From the NCBI GenBank assembly GCA_963662665.2, contig CAXXJS010000058.1, positions 1 to 26,667 of the forward strand: a stretch of DNA of 26,667 nucleotides. Direction: 5' to 3'. Positions within the stretch are counted from its first letter, which is position 1; the number at the start of each line of letters is the position of its first letter. The DNA comes from Candidatus Latescibacterota bacterium. Its GTDB lineage: Bacteria > Latescibacterota > UBA2968 > GCA-2709665. Positions 15,983-26,120 of the stretch are shown one piece after another. The position numbers were made by a program, and so were the translations under genes. The notes beneath the pieces were generated by a model. It was not told the origin of the DNA, searched no databases, and was given only the letters and a program-made list of their open reading frames with translations.

Positions 15983-18520
15983 TTACTCTTCTCCCAGGTC
16001 CGCGTCCGAGAGCGCACCGAGGAAATAGGGCACGCCGAAAAACAACAGACTGATGTGCATCGGACTCATTTCGACCGCCCCGTGGCGTTTTGGATCGTCT
16101 CCCCAGTCCTGGCTTTCGATCAGGACCTTCAGAATCGCCCGACCGATTTCCAGGTATTTCCGGTTCCCCGTCATCCTGTACGCGTAGCCCAGGTGACGGC
16201 AAAGGACGCCACCGTATCGCTGTTCGATGGCTTTTTCAGCATTCAATCCGTCCGGAGAGCCGCAGAACCAGTCGACGGCCCTCCGGTAGACCGTCGCCAC
16301 GTCTTCCCTGTCCGTGAGGCGGTGCAGCAATTCCAGACCCACCATCAGATAGTGGGTCTGATACCCTTTCAGTTCCGAAACCGGCAGGACGCGGTGGGTC
16401 GATTTCGCGTCGCCCCTCAGTTTGCGAAACTCGTCGTCCGTGAACGGCGCCGTCGTACCCAGCTCCACGGCCAGCGTGGTGCCCTCCGTGGCCATGCCAT
16501 ACGGCCTCTGGTCGGACAGATGGTCCGCGGTGGAGACCTGAAACCGTTTGTGCCAGCTTCCATCTTCATTCTGACCCCGCGCAATCGTCTCGTACACCGC
16601 AAGTGCACCCGTCCTGAACCGCTCCTCGCCCGTGGCTTCATATACGTATAGCAGACCGCGCATCGCGTTGGCAATGCTGCGCAGGCTGAAACTGAACGCC
16701 GGGTTTTCCGTCCAACGGTAACGCAACAGAAACTCACCGGCCTCGCGGATTACCTCCAGCGTCCGCAGGTCGCCCGTCAGGTAGTAGTAATCCATCCATC
16801 CATCCAGAAACGTGTGCGACGCGCAACTCTCGTCGCCGAAATGGTCCACGCTATGGCGGAAACAGCCGCCAACCATATAGGGTCTGAACGGGTGGTAGTG
16901 GCATGTATCCACGTCCATCGAATGCCGGGTCATTGCTTCGCCCAGCAAAAAATGCCCGGGGTCGCCCGTGCGCATGTACTGCACCCACACCCCGTGCCGC
17001 GGGTCCCACTCGCTGTTGCACCATCCCCAGCGGCCGTAAAAACGCCAGTCGTCGGTGCCCTGGTCCCACGCCACCAGCGCATCGCCCCAATCAAGAAAAC
17101 CGTACCAGGCGCCCAGTTCGATATTCCGCTGCAACCAGTCCAGGAAGCCAGCCATCATCCGCTCGGATTTCGGAAAACGCGCCTCGTCGACAGGATGGAA
17201 CCCCCCCGTAGCTTCACAAACCGCCATCCATTCCGGATCCACTGCGACGTGCGGCGCCTGGAGCCAACCTCTAAGACGATCCGGGACGCCGGCGCTGTCC
17301 GAAGCCCGGTAGTAACAGATAAAAAACTCGGTTGTTTTGGCCGTGCCGGTGCCATCCGCGTAAACCCCCTCGCCTTCATCCCACGCCACGGCTTCCGAGT
17401 ACCGCTTCAGCGACAGGGATTTCCCGTCGGGATCCTTCCAGCAATAGACGTCGATTCCACCGCCGAACCCGGAAACGCCAAGCGCCTTTGGAAATTCCTC
17501 CGGCATGTAACGCAGACCGACGCCGACGCCCACGCGGCCGTCTTCGCAGGCAATCCAGCCCTCCGTGCGGTCTCCTTCGGCAAGTGTTCCAATGCGCTGG
17601 CCCTGACTGCGGTCCAGACGATAATGATTGTGGAGCCGCTGGGAAAGCAACAGCGATTCGCCGGGTGCTGCCGCACCTGAGATTTCACGGCTCGCGGCAA
17701 CACGGTAGTTCACGGAACCCGATAGCGAGACGGGCACCCGCAACCCGATTTCCTCCACTTCCGTCTCCCGGGGATTGCATGCCGCAACGACGGTGTGCAG
17801 TACGCGCAACTCGGTACGACCCGCGTAGGCGTAAATCCGCGTTACGAAACGAAACGGCCGATAACCCGAATAGTGGTGCATCGGCAGGTCGGCTTCGAAT
17901 GCGCCTTCACACCGGATAACGACCCTGAGCGGACCGGCCTCCTCCACGCTCACGTCGAACCCGGATTCCGCGAGGGATGCCAGACAATCGCCTCCCATGC
18001 CGTAAATGTACCGCTTACCCTCGTCGTCCAGAAACGACTCGCGGATACGCACCCAGGCGTCCCCTCCCGGGCTTTCGATTTCCTCTTCCGTCCTGAATTC
18101 GCCGTCCGCTTCCGTCCGCCCCAGCGCCGCGGTTTCCACGAGAGAAAACCGGCGGCGGTTCACGGTGAACCGGAGGGGGCCGGTACATACGACCAGATTC
18201 CCGCCATCCTTCCGGACCCGGACCTCGTCGCCCAGCGCAGCCCCGGCTCCACCCTGGCAGACGGTGTAAATCGACTCTCCGCCGGCCGGCACATCTGCCT
18301 GAAAGTCCGTAAGAACCCACTTGAGACTCCCATCCGGCCATCGATTCAAGACGCGGAACTGCGCGGATACCGGACGGCTATCTACATCCTCTACCACCAA
18401 TGAAGTCGGATCGTGAACGGCGCCCGTGGGAAGCGGGACCCCCCTCGTCACCGGCCAATTCCGGCGTGCAACGCCCGCGGACTCAACCACCCGCAACCTG
18501 GCTTCCAGTCTATCCTGCAT
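15983..18520 (-). CDS. YetA/PcRGLX (exo-rhamnogalacturonan lyase, PL26-like) family protein
   Basis: N-terminal PVTRGVPLP and RWPDGSLKW motifs; C-terminal alpha-barrel motifs YGFLDWGD, WCNSEWD, RHSMDVD, SHTF; 845 aa; no signal peptide seen. Confidence 0.72.
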   Translation of the reverse strand: MQDRLEARLRVVESAGVARRNWPVTRGVPLPTGAVHDPTSLVVEDVDSRPVSAQFRVLNRWPDGSLKWVLTDFQADVPAGGESIYTVCQGGAGAALGDEVRVRKDGGNLVVCTGPLRFTVNRRRFSLVETAALGRTEADGEFRTEEEIESPGGDAWVRIRESFLDDEGKRYIYGMGGDCLASLAESGFDVSVEEAGPLRVVIRCEGAFEADLPMHHYSGYRPFRFVTRIYAYAGRTELRVLHTVVAACNPRETEVEEIGLRVPVSLSGSVNYRVAASREISGAAAPGESLLLSQRLHNHYRLDRSQGQRIGTLAEGDRTEGWIACEDGRVGVGVGLRYMPEEFPKALGVSGFGGGIDVYCWKDPDGKSLSLKRYSEAVAWDEGEGVYADGTGTAKTTEFFICYYRASDSAGVPDRLRGWLQAPHVAVDPEWMAVCEATGGFHPVDEARFPKSERMMAGFLDWLQRNIELGAWYGFLDWGDALVAWDQGTDDWRFYGRWGWCNSEWDPRHGVWVQYMRTGDPGHFLLGEAMTRHSMDVDTCHYHPFRPYMVGGCFRHSVDHFGDESCASHTFLDGWMDYYYLTGDLRTLEVIREAGEFLLRYRWTENPAFSFSLRSIANAMRGLLYVYEATGEERFRTGALAVYETIARGQNEDGSWHKRFQVSTADHLSDQRPYGMATEGTTLAVELGTTAPFTDDEFRKLRGDAKSTHRVLPVSELKGYQTHYLMVGLELLHRLTDREDVATVYRRAVDWFCGSPDGLNAEKAIEQRYGGVLCRHLGYAYRMTGNRKYLEIGRAILKVLIESQDWGDDPKRHGAVEMSPMHISLLFFGVPYFLGALSDADLGEE

Positions 18521-18633
18521 GTCTGAATCCCTTTCCGGGGATTTTTTCGAATTCTACGCTGAATTTACAATGACGAGGAGACCATCGATCGGGCATGGAA
18601 TAAAATTCCGGTCCCGGATCGAGTCGATCGTAT

Positions 18634-19917
18634 CTATGGCCCACGCAGATACGGGATTGTCAAAGGACCGTCCGGCAGCACGGCCACCCGCGCGCCGCCG
18701 CCAATCGCCCGGATCCTTTCCCGAAGGGTTGAATCCAGATCTTCCACGGCGGCCAGCTTGCAGGCCTCGATGTCTGCCTTGTCCATATTGGCGTATACCC
18801 CGACTTCAATCCGCTCAAGGATGGATGCCAGGGTCTGCGCCTGCCACTGGTCCAGGACGGGTTCCCGGCTATGCACCGCCCGAAGCACGTCTCCAGGCCG
18901 GTCTCCCGTCCGCATCAATTCGGCAAAGTTACCGTGATCCGGCACACCGTCGCTGCACTGGCTTGCGACGAGTACGGACCCGCCATCTTCCACGATTCGC
19001 GCGGCCGCCGACATGCCCTTGACGGCCTGATACAGGTTCTGGTCCAGCGGATATCCGCTGTTGGACGTCAGGGCGACCTGGAACGCCTTTTCCACGGGCG
19101 CCATTGAGGCCGCCTTTGCGGAGACACACCCCCGCTGATGCGCAGCCAGATAGTTTCCCGCAAAGAACGCCGAGATCGCCTTGTTTCCGTTCAATGTTAC
19201 GTTAACCAGGAAATCCGGCGGGCAAAGCGCAACGGCTTCGCGGACCTCCCGTTGCAGCGGGTTCCCGTTGAGGACACCCCATGTACTCATGGGGTCTGCG
19301 ATGAGTTCCGACCGATGCAGCCGGTAAATCGTCTCAATGCCCGCCACTCCCGGCGCAACGCCCTTTGCACCGCCTGAAAAACCCGCGAAGAAGTGGGGCT
19401 CTATAAATCCCAGCACGATCCGCTTGTCAGCTTCTACGTACGCCCGGTCCAGCCAGACGGCCGTACCACAGGCGGACTTGCCCAGAAACACGTTTTTCGA
19501 TGCGTCGTACGCGTCGTGGTTCAGGATCTTCAACCGGCCGGCAAGCGCGGCGCCGAACATCCCGGCGATTTCTTCATCCGTATTCGCCCGATGCGTCCCG
19601 TTCCCCAGCAACACCGTGACATTTTCCTCGGGCACCGGGAGAGACTCCATAATCCAGGGAATCAGCTGCCGGTTGGGCACCGGGCGGGTACCGTCCGATG
19701 TCACGATGACCACTCTGTCCCGGGCCGAGACGATCTCGTTGAGCGGAGCGCATTCCACCGGCTTCTCAACGGACTGCCGAAAACGACCTTTCGGATCCGG
19801 AATGGCCGCCTCGAAGGAAGGGCGTATCACCTCCCATTCGGCCAATTCCGGGTCCGCATGGATGGACACGCTGCCGCGGCCAAACGCTACGTCGACCCGA
19901 TGTTCATTTGTGACCAT
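18634..19917 (-). CDS. larA: Nickel-pincer-dependent lactate racemase (LarA) family protein
   Basis: SDGTRP, GTHR, NHDA, EPHFFAGFSGGAK, YPLDQNLYQAVKG, DQWQAQ. ATG 19917 with a GGAG RBS gives 427 aa. The longer 543-aa ORF would span the promoter region. Confidence 0.9.
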   Translation of the reverse strand: MVTNEHRVDVAFGRGSVSIHADPELAEWEVIRPSFEAAIPDPKGRFRQSVEKPVECAPLNEIVSARDRVVIVTSDGTRPVPNRQLIPWIMESLPVPEENVTVLLGNGTHRANTDEEIAGMFGAALAGRLKILNHDAYDASKNVFLGKSACGTAVWLDRAYVEADKRIVLGFIEPHFFAGFSGGAKGVAPGVAGIETIYRLHRSELIADPMSTWGVLNGNPLQREVREAVALCPPDFLVNVTLNGNKAISAFFAGNYLAAHQRGCVSAKAASMAPVEKAFQVALTSNSGYPLDQNLYQAVKGMSAAARIVEDGGSVLVASQCSDGVPDHGNFAELMRTGDRPGDVLRAVHSREPVLDQWQAQTLASILERIEVGVYANMDKADIEACKLAAVEDLDSTLRERIRAIGGGARVAVLPDGPLTIPYLRGP

Positions 19918-19978
19918 AAAGAACTCCGATTTCGGCGACTCCGGGCCATTGGCCGGCGCCTTGATTGACAGCCCGCGA

Positions 19979-20007
19979 AATCTACGGCCTGCACATCCCT
20001 TTGTCAA
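19979..20007 (-). promoter_or_regulatory. sigma70-like promoter for larA and downstream genes
   Basis: The minus strand reads TTGACA-N17-TAGATT, about 60 nt upstream of the larA ATG. Confidence 0.65.
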
Positions 20008-20140
20008 GCTCGGCATGTTGTCCCGAGACCATGCATGCGGGTTCCAGTCCGAACCACGCGATACGACGACTTGCGTTCCGATTCCTGCACGCGAAAGCGG
20101 GTGTGCGACCTGCTGTCGGCTGTCGAGCCCGGCGATTGCA

Positions 20141-20169
20141 TTGACATGGTTGTGGCAGGAAGCTATATT
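20141..20169 (+). promoter_or_regulatory. sigma70-like promoter for the methyltransferase-GT2-GT-C operon
   Basis: TTGACA (20141-20146)-N17-TATATT (20164-20169). Confidence 0.7.
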
Positions 20170-20336
20170 CCACTCGAATCCGGATTCCACGCACCAAGTC
20201 CTACTCGACCTCGCATTTTCGAACCCGAGACTTCGGCCAGTCCCTAAACCTCCGGCAGGTTGCAATGGGGATTCTGACAGTCAAGATCTGCCGCCGGTAC
20301 CGCCGAACTGAGCCGCCGAGAGGGAAGCTGCCAAAA

Positions 20337-21104
20337 TTGCAGACGGACCAGTTTAAGCTACACGCAGAAGTGGAAGAGAACCACTGGTGGTTCCTGGCGA
20401 GACGACGAATCCTGCACGAACTTGCCTGCTATCTGACGCCACCGTCCAAATCCACACTTGCTGTCGACGTGGGGTGCGGAACGGGGGGAAACATCGCAGC
20501 ATTTGCCAATGATTACCGCTGTATCGGCATTGACGCATCGGTCGAAGCCATATGGCTTGCGAAACGCCGTTTTCCGGACGTACGCTTCATATGCGGTTCG
20601 ACGCCAGCCGAACTTGGAGACGCGATGGAGCAGGCCAGTCTTTTTCTTTTAACGGACGTACTGGAACACATCGAGGACGACGTCGGGTTTCTAACCGAAC
20701 TAATCATGGCTCTCAGACCGGGCGCCTGCCTACTCCTCACTGTACCTGCAGACATGTCTCTGTGGAGTGAGCACGATGTAGCCTACGGCCACTTCCGCCG
20801 GTATGATATCCAGAGTCTCCAAGACCTGTGGTCCGGGTTGCCCGTAACCGTACACTTGCTCTCTTATTTTAATGCACGTCTCTACCCGATCGTTAGAACG
20901 ATTCGTGCGTTGAACCGCCTTCGGAAACGCTCCTTTGGTGATGCGGGTACAGATTTGAAATTGCCTATTCGGCCGGTCAACCGTTTATTAACCGCGGTTT
21001 TCGCAGGCGAAATGGGCGTGTTAGTTAAACTTCTGACGCATAAGAGAAAACGAGGCTACGTTTTCGGCGTAAGCCTCATTGCCGCACTGAGCCGGAAAGA
21101 GTAG
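20337..21104 (+). CDS. Class I SAM-dependent methyltransferase
   Basis: EENHWWF, VDVGCGTG, GID, DVLEHIEDD, LRPG, TVPA, HD-x3-GHFRRY. TTG 20337 is the preferred start; the ORF track starts at ATG 20265. Confidence 0.88.
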   Translation: MQTDQFKLHAEVEENHWWFLARRRILHELACYLTPPSKSTLAVDVGCGTGGNIAAFANDYRCIGIDASVEAIWLAKRRFPDVRFICGSTPAELGDAMEQASLFLLTDVLEHIEDDVGFLTELIMALRPGACLLLTVPADMSLWSEHDVAYGHFRRYDIQSLQDLWSGLPVTVHLLSYFNARLYPIVRTIRALNRLRKRSFGDAGTDLKLPIRPVNRLLTAVFAGEMGVLVKLLTHKRKRGYVFGVSLIAALSRKE

Positions 21105-21110
21105 GGTTGC

Positions 21111-21848
21111 ATGGGTCACACGATCGTCGTCGTCCCCTGTTACAACGAGGCTCACCGGCTTCCAGTCGACAAGTTTCAATCCTTTGTAAACCGGGTGCAC
21201 ACCATCAGATTCCTCTTTGTAGACGATGGCAGCACAGATACCACTCTCCAGGTACTCAAGTCGTTGCGGGAGTCCGATCCTGAATCGTTTGACATACACA
21301 CGCTGGCAAAGAATGCAGGAAAGGCCGAAGCGGTGCGTCAAGGACTTCTCAAGGCGCTCGAGTCAGGCGCCGGTTACGTCGGATTCTGGGATGCGGACCT
21401 CGCAACACCCTTAGACGCTATAACGGAGTTTTGCGACGTCTTGGAAAGCAGGCCGAATATCGAGATGGTCTTCGGCGCAAGGGTGCAACTTCTGGGAAGA
21501 ACGATCAGGCGCAACTTGGTGCGACACTACTTGGGCAGGCTGTTCGCAACAGTCGCCTCTATTCTGCTGGGCGTCACTGTATACGACACCCAATGCGGCG
21601 CGAAGCTGTTCAGGGTCACCCCTTGTTTTATCGCTCTGTTGCGAGAACCATTCATCACCCGGTGGATCTTCGACGTCGAAATCATCGCCAGATTTATCCA
21701 AGCAGACGCCACACGCTCCCGTGCGCGAAACGTAATCTACGAATCGCCGCTTTCAGAATGGCGGGACGTCAAAGGCTCCAAAATCACCCCGATCGTTTTC
21801 TTAAGGGCCGCATTTGAGATGATCGCCATTTATCGCAGATACCTCTGA
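21111..21848 (+). CDS. GT2 glycosyltransferase, polyprenyl/dolichyl-phosphate glycosyltransferase-like
   Basis: VPCYNEA, VDDGSTD, NAGKAEAV, DADL, DTQCGAKLFR, WIFDVE. Confidence 0.92.
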   Translation: MGHTIVVVPCYNEAHRLPVDKFQSFVNRVHTIRFLFVDDGSTDTTLQVLKSLRESDPESFDIHTLAKNAGKAEAVRQGLLKALESGAGYVGFWDADLATPLDAITEFCDVLESRPNIEMVFGARVQLLGRTIRRNLVRHYLGRLFATVASILLGVTVYDTQCGAKLFRVTPCFIALLREPFITRWIFDVEIIARFIQADATRSRARNVIYESPLSEWRDVKGSKITPIVFLRAAFEMIAIYRRYL

Positions 21849-21892
21849 CCTAGCTGAACTAGACGCAGCCTGCTACACTTAAGGGGCCAATA

Positions 21893-24102
21893 GTGACCGA
21901 GAAACGATACGCGTACCTGCTTCTTATTTTCTTACTTATTGTATCCGCCGCAGTCCGGTTTTACGGGATTGATTGGGGTATTGACCCGGAAACTGGTAAA
22001 TTTCACGCCTTTCATCCGGATGAACGCACGGTAGTCGAAAGCGCGGGGTGGGTAGGCGTTGACATCCGCAAAGCAGTCACTGCCTATGCCAAGAGCCCGG
22101 CTTACGTCTTGTGGGTCCTGGCCGAGGGCGCCGGTGTGTTTGTGGGGATCGATCCGTTCGACAAAGACGACAACCGGTCGGTGAAATTCACCCATCTTTG
22201 GGGTCGCGGGATCTCGGCCACGCTTGGCATACTTACCGTGTGGGTCGTATTCGCCATCGGCAGGCAGTTGGCCGGAATCTGGGCGGGCGTTCTCGGTGCG
22301 GGCTTTTTGGCGTTCTGCGCCGGGCACATCCAGCAGTGCCACTTCTATACCGTGGACGTGTCCTTTGCGTTCTGGATCACCCTAGGTGTATATCTCATCC
22401 TGAAACTGCCTTCGGACCGCACTTTGCCCTACGTGGTCTGTGGGCTTGTCTGCGGAATGGCGGCGGGAACACGGCTAATGGGAGGAATGCTGTGCCTGGC
22501 ATTCCTAGTGGCACACGTATGGCCCACACCCGGCCCGAGAGATAGACAAAGGCCCCGGCGCAAAACGCGAAAACGGGGACCTCGGAGGCTCTGGGTTTTG
22601 ACGCAGTTCGCACGAGTCTGGCGAAGTGTGCGCCCGGCGTTTACTTGGAGAGCCCTGCTTTGTGGGGCTATCGTGCTGGCGGTGGCGGTGGTCTGCGAAC
22701 CGCTGCTCCTCAAGCCCGGCGAATTCTTCAGTTCCAATGACATGAGGAACTTCCTTCCAAGTGTTAAAATCACGAAAGGCGAGTTAATTCGCATCTGGGT
22801 GCTTTATGATTTCGCCACCACCCCTTATCTCTTTTATGTAACCCACCTGTTCCGCTACGCGATGGGAATGCCCCTGGAAATCGCGTCGCTGTGCGGCGTC
22901 GCGTTGGCCATCTGGAAACGACAGCGAGATTGGTGGGTTCTGCTTGCATGGCTCATTCCCTATTTCCTGATCGTGGGCGGATTTCACGCCAAACCGGTGA
23001 GGTACACGACGCCCATGCAACCCCTTATGGCGGTTTTGGCCGCCTGGGCATGCTTGGAGGCGGCGGGTTGGATACGCGAGCGCCTGAATCAGGTCTGGGT
23101 GTACGCCCTGCCCGTGGCGCTGGTGGTGATTCCCACGGTCGCCTACGGCATCGCGACCGCGGGCGTCTACCGTTCCAGCAGCCGGTTCGAGGCGGCTGGA
23201 TGGATTGAGCGGAATATTCCCGAAGGTGCTGGCGTGCTGACCGAGCGAGGCGGATATCCGACGTCATTGGATGGCGCCAGCCGACCGGTACAAGCGAAAG
23301 CTGGATGAGGCGGCCTGGTTTCTTTCAGCCGACGGCAACCTGCCCTATGAAGCGCACGTCGAGTTCATTCAAAACCGTCTGGCAGGCGTGGACTGGATCG
23401 TCCTGATCGAGGAGAATCGCATGCTGCCGTTCAAGAAGGTACGGCAACGGTTCCCGATCGCGCACACCTACTACCGCCGCCTTGCCGAGGAAAGCCTGGG
23501 ATTCGAGAGGGTCGCGCAGTTCAAAGTGCCCCCGGAAGTCCTGGGTTTTGCCTATTCCGAAGCCGATGCTGAACCCACAATCACGGGATTCGACCATCCC
23601 CTTGTTGCGGTGTACCGCCGGTCCGGCGCGAACGTGGAGGACCTGCTTGAGCGGTGGAAGGCGGAAATCCGGACAGATCCCGCACTCCCGGACAAATACG
23701 CCATTCTGGGAGTGAAGGCCTACCGTCGCAAGGCCTGGCGGCAGGCCGAAAACGCTTTCAGGCGCAGCCTGGAGGTCAAGCCGGAATTCGCTCTGGGACG
23801 CCTGCTGCTGCGCGAGGTTTATATTGCGGAGGGCAGGCACGCGGACGCAAAGCGAGAACTTCGCAGGATCGCCGAGTCCGGGCTGACTGCCGGCGCGTAC
23901 GTGGGCTTGATTCGGGTGGGCCCTTGTGGAAAAAGGCGCGAGGTATCTGAACAAATATCTCAAACTTTCAGCAGCCAGAAAATCGAACGATACCGTTCTG
24001 CAGCAATTCGGTTGGCTGATCCACAAGATCAACGCGGAACAGAGCGCACGGCGCGACAAGACAAGAGGAACCGCAAGAGACTCGCAACAGCCATCGAACT
24101 GA
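21893..24102 (+). CDS. GT-C (ArnT/PMT-like) membrane glycosyltransferase with C-terminal TPR-like region; split by apparent frameshifts near 23267 and 23921
   Basis: First TM helix followed by RFYGIDWG...FHPDE, multiple TM helices and a PVRY motif. Removing one T at 23267/8 joins ORFs 21893..23308 and 23271..24164 (PTSWMAPADRY). Removing one C near 23921 gives a helical tail ending at TGA 24100-24102; this second correction is less certain. Confidence 0.75.
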
Positions 24103-24117
24103 ACGCGGCGCCGTGCA

Positions 24118-25992
24118 TTATCCTGCCAGCGTCACGATTCGCTCGTTCCCGCTACCGTATATGACCCCGGACCGTCGCCGTCCCCGCCTCGACCGATGCG
24201 TCGAACTCCGGACGATCGGAAGCGTTTCCCACGTGAATGCCCCACAACACGTCGATTTCCAGGCAGGGATGAAACGGCCCAAAACTCCGATATTCGACAC
24301 CGACCCGATGGGGTCGATACTGATTGGACTCCGTGTACATGCTGGTTCGCTTTCACGTCGCTTAACCGCCAGCATTCCGCCTCTTCCGGTACCACTCGGG
24401 ACAGCGACAGCGTCACGCCGTTCCGTCTGAACTCGGTTAAGCGCTCGTCGCCCGAAACTTCGGCGCGGTGATGAAACAGCCCACTCCAGCAGCCGGGGTA
24501 ACGTCGGACGATACACGATCGTACACCAGGACGACGTCGGGTTTCACATAGGCCAGCGTACGGAGATATCGCTTCAGTTTCCCGCCGTAAGCCGCCGTGG
24601 CGTCACCCACGGCCACGTCCACCTCCTCACCAACCTCGAAAGACACGATCCTTCCCGGATGGTCGGCGCCGTAGCGCTGACCCTCTCCGTCCACCATCAG
24701 CGTGTTGTGACCGATCGTCCCGTTACCGTCGAAATTCCAGCGCTTCCCCCCGTCGCTGTCGAAGAATCCCAGGTCGTGGCCGTACGGCCAGATGCCCTCG
24801 TCGATCAACAGCCGTTCCCCGCGCGAGGAGACCACAAATGAGTTCGCATCCAGCTGTGAGTGACCTACGGCGCTCGAACCCGATTTGAGGCCCACAAAGG
24901 TCGCCTGATCGTCCCACCCGCTGCGCATGGTCACGACGCCGGTCGTCGGATAACTCCGGGAAGTCTCGCCGGGGATGGCGTCGGACAGCGACGGATCGTC
25001 CCAGATCAGCCGTTCGACGGTCGCGTGATCGCCGGCCCGGGCGGTCCGCGCCCAGTCTCCCCGCCGGTTCAGCTTTGACAGCAACAGCAAATAGTCCAGG
25101 CTGGAGCCGAGCGAAATGCCGTTATCGTTGAAATTGTAGACCTGTCCGTCCGGCTCGGTCACGTGGACGATATAGTCCCCCGTTTCCCGCAATGCCGGAT
25201 GGTCGAACAGATTTACTTCCCCGCCCGTGGCCCGGTGTAAATCCAATCCCGAATTTCACACCGTGCCCAAGCGTGCCAAGCCAGTATCCCGGTCCCTCCG
25301 CCCAGTCTCCTTCCGGCGGGACAAAGTCCAGAATATCCAGACACCCCCGCAAGCGCCGCCCGCATGACTGCGTCAAAGTCCGAAATTGCCTCCGCACACG
25401 CAATTGCAGCCGTACCCATTTCACCGCAGCACATAATCTTCCAGTTCCAGTGGTAATCCGGACTCGACCAGTGCGCATCCTGTTTTTCCCACGTCTCCAG
25501 AAACCGCGCGACCGTATACGCGTTGATCCGATCCGAGATCGACGCGACAGCGTCGGCCGGCCAGAATTCCGCGCAGAGATCCGTCGAGATGCCGATCGCC
25601 GACGCCACGTTCAGCATGGCGTGATCACATCTCATGGGCCGGTGCGGGCGCGCCACCCACTCCTCCGGGGGAAATGAGAACATCACCTCCACGCCCTCCA
25701 GCGCCCTGGCCGCGAACGCCTCATCCTCCAGGATGAAAGCGGCGTTCGCCAGGGAGCGGAGCGGCGTCTGGCAGAAATACGGAAGCTCGGGGTCGGCGCC
25801 GAAGAGATCCTCGCTGGCGGATGCCTCTCGCGCCTCCTCCGCGAGTTTGTCCACAAACCCCGGTGTCGCGCTTGCCCGGTCCCGGACCTCAGACACCTCA
25901 TTTGCGCCCAGCAGAACTCTCGGACGCGTCGGATGAGGGGCCACCGTCGCACTTGCCAGCTTCGCGAGCAGATCTTCAGAGAACGGTTTCAT
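24118..25992 (-). CDS. Heparinase II/III-like (oligo-alginate-lyase-like) protein, broken by six apparent +1 frameshifts
   Basis: AAGGAG RBS and ATG 25992. Motifs HWNW, EGPGYW, NFND, MRSGW, GHSQLDANSF, GHNTLMVDG and LLEWLFH appear collinearly across successive frames. Six single-base removals restore one frame of about 622 aa ending at TAA 24118. Confidence 0.78.
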
Positions 25993-26120
25993 CCATCGAC
26001 TCCTTGATGAGATTAATGCGCGCCGAATCGAGTTCTGCTATAATGCGGTTCAGATATTTTAAAACTCCCAATTGACTGTACCAAAGGTATCTTCCAGCCA
26101 CGCCTCGAATTCCATCTTAG

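Noticed and set aside
428-19968. Long plus-strand ORFs (e.g. 428..1324, 1340..2524, 5514..6662, 7506..8447, 10347..11342, 15311..16651)
   Set aside because: They are antisense shadows of well-supported minus-strand genes in GC-rich DNA and carry no recognisable motifs.
19918-20265. 116-aa N-terminal extension of LarA in the ORF track
   Set aside because: It spans both divergent promoters, and LarA similarity and an RBS begin at ATG 19917.
24118-25992. Calling the heparinase-like fragments separate genes, a pseudogene or programmed frameshifting
   Set aside because: The fragments are collinear parts of one protein, and all breaks are +1 run extensions without slippery heptamers or nonsense codons, so sequencing error is more parsimonious. 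A pseudogene cannot be fully excluded without reads.
26036-26044. Extended -10 element TGCTATAAT on the plus strand
   Set aside because: There is no correctly spaced -35 and no clear target gene other than the IS; it may be chance in an AT-rich patch.
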